Assembly (NCBI GenBank): GCA_030837965.1 | Contig: JAUTXP010000013.1 | Span: 11,080 to 75,079 of the forward strand | DNA from: Acidimicrobiaceae bacterium | GTDB lineage: Bacteria; Actinomycetota; Acidimicrobiia; Acidimicrobiales; JAUTXP01 | Direction: 5' to 3' | Length of the DNA stretch: 64,000 nt | Shown here: in pieces, positions 63,960 through 64,000 of the stretch | How positions within the stretch are numbered: position 1 is the stretch's first letter | Layout of the letters: every line of letters starts with the position of its first letter | The notes under the pieces: model-generated | Told to the model about the DNA's origin: nothing | Databases searched by the model: none | What the model saw: only the letters and a program-made list of their open reading frames with translations | Made by a program: the position numbers and the translations under genes

Positions 63960-64000
63960 TGGGCGTAGTTCTGGCGGCTTCGGCGACAGAACTGCGCCCA
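63960..64000. terminator. Long hairpin at window edge (terminator or REP-like)
   Basis: TGGGCGTAGTTCTG...CAGAACTGCGCCCA. Confidence 0.5.

Overview
High-GC actinobacterial chromosomal window, most consistent with Acidimicrobiia (actinobacterial IHF, rpoZ type, DUF1844, gene order). Almost all genes are on the minus strand. Most of it is the conserved housekeeping block alaS-ruvX-mltG-aroE ... aroCKBQ-pepQ-efp-nusB-pyrRBC-carAB-pyrDF-mIHF-gmk-rpoZ-coaBC-metK-priA-def-fmt-rsmB-rpe-mog-ribDE(BA)H-hisG ... infC-rpmI-rplT-trmH-PAS kinase-pheST-argCJ. Between aroE and aroC (41.3-58.3 kb) lies a monoderm type IV pilus locus (no secretin) that appears wired to c-di-GMP at several levels. (1) Three tandem 165-aa major pilin paralogs each have their own promoter, class I c-di-GMP (GEMM-I) riboswitch and 3' hairpin. 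(2) A TCAAG-N16/18-CGATAC sigma-28 (FliA/WhiG)-like promoter recurs about 8 times across the locus. (3) An MshEN-like c-di-GMP-binding domain is present on PilB and also, unusually, on the retraction ATPase PilT. The locus also has a PilM-PilN fusion, a coupled BldC/Xis-like HTH gene with phased repeats in its promoter, and a shared 19-bp upstream motif. Other observations: 8 dispersed copies of a 31-bp palindrome (one translated inside ribH), CTG starts overlapping upstream stops, many leaderless promoters, an ARG box, a PyrR loop and an L20-type leader. All calls are from reading the sequence by eye; no database searches were run.
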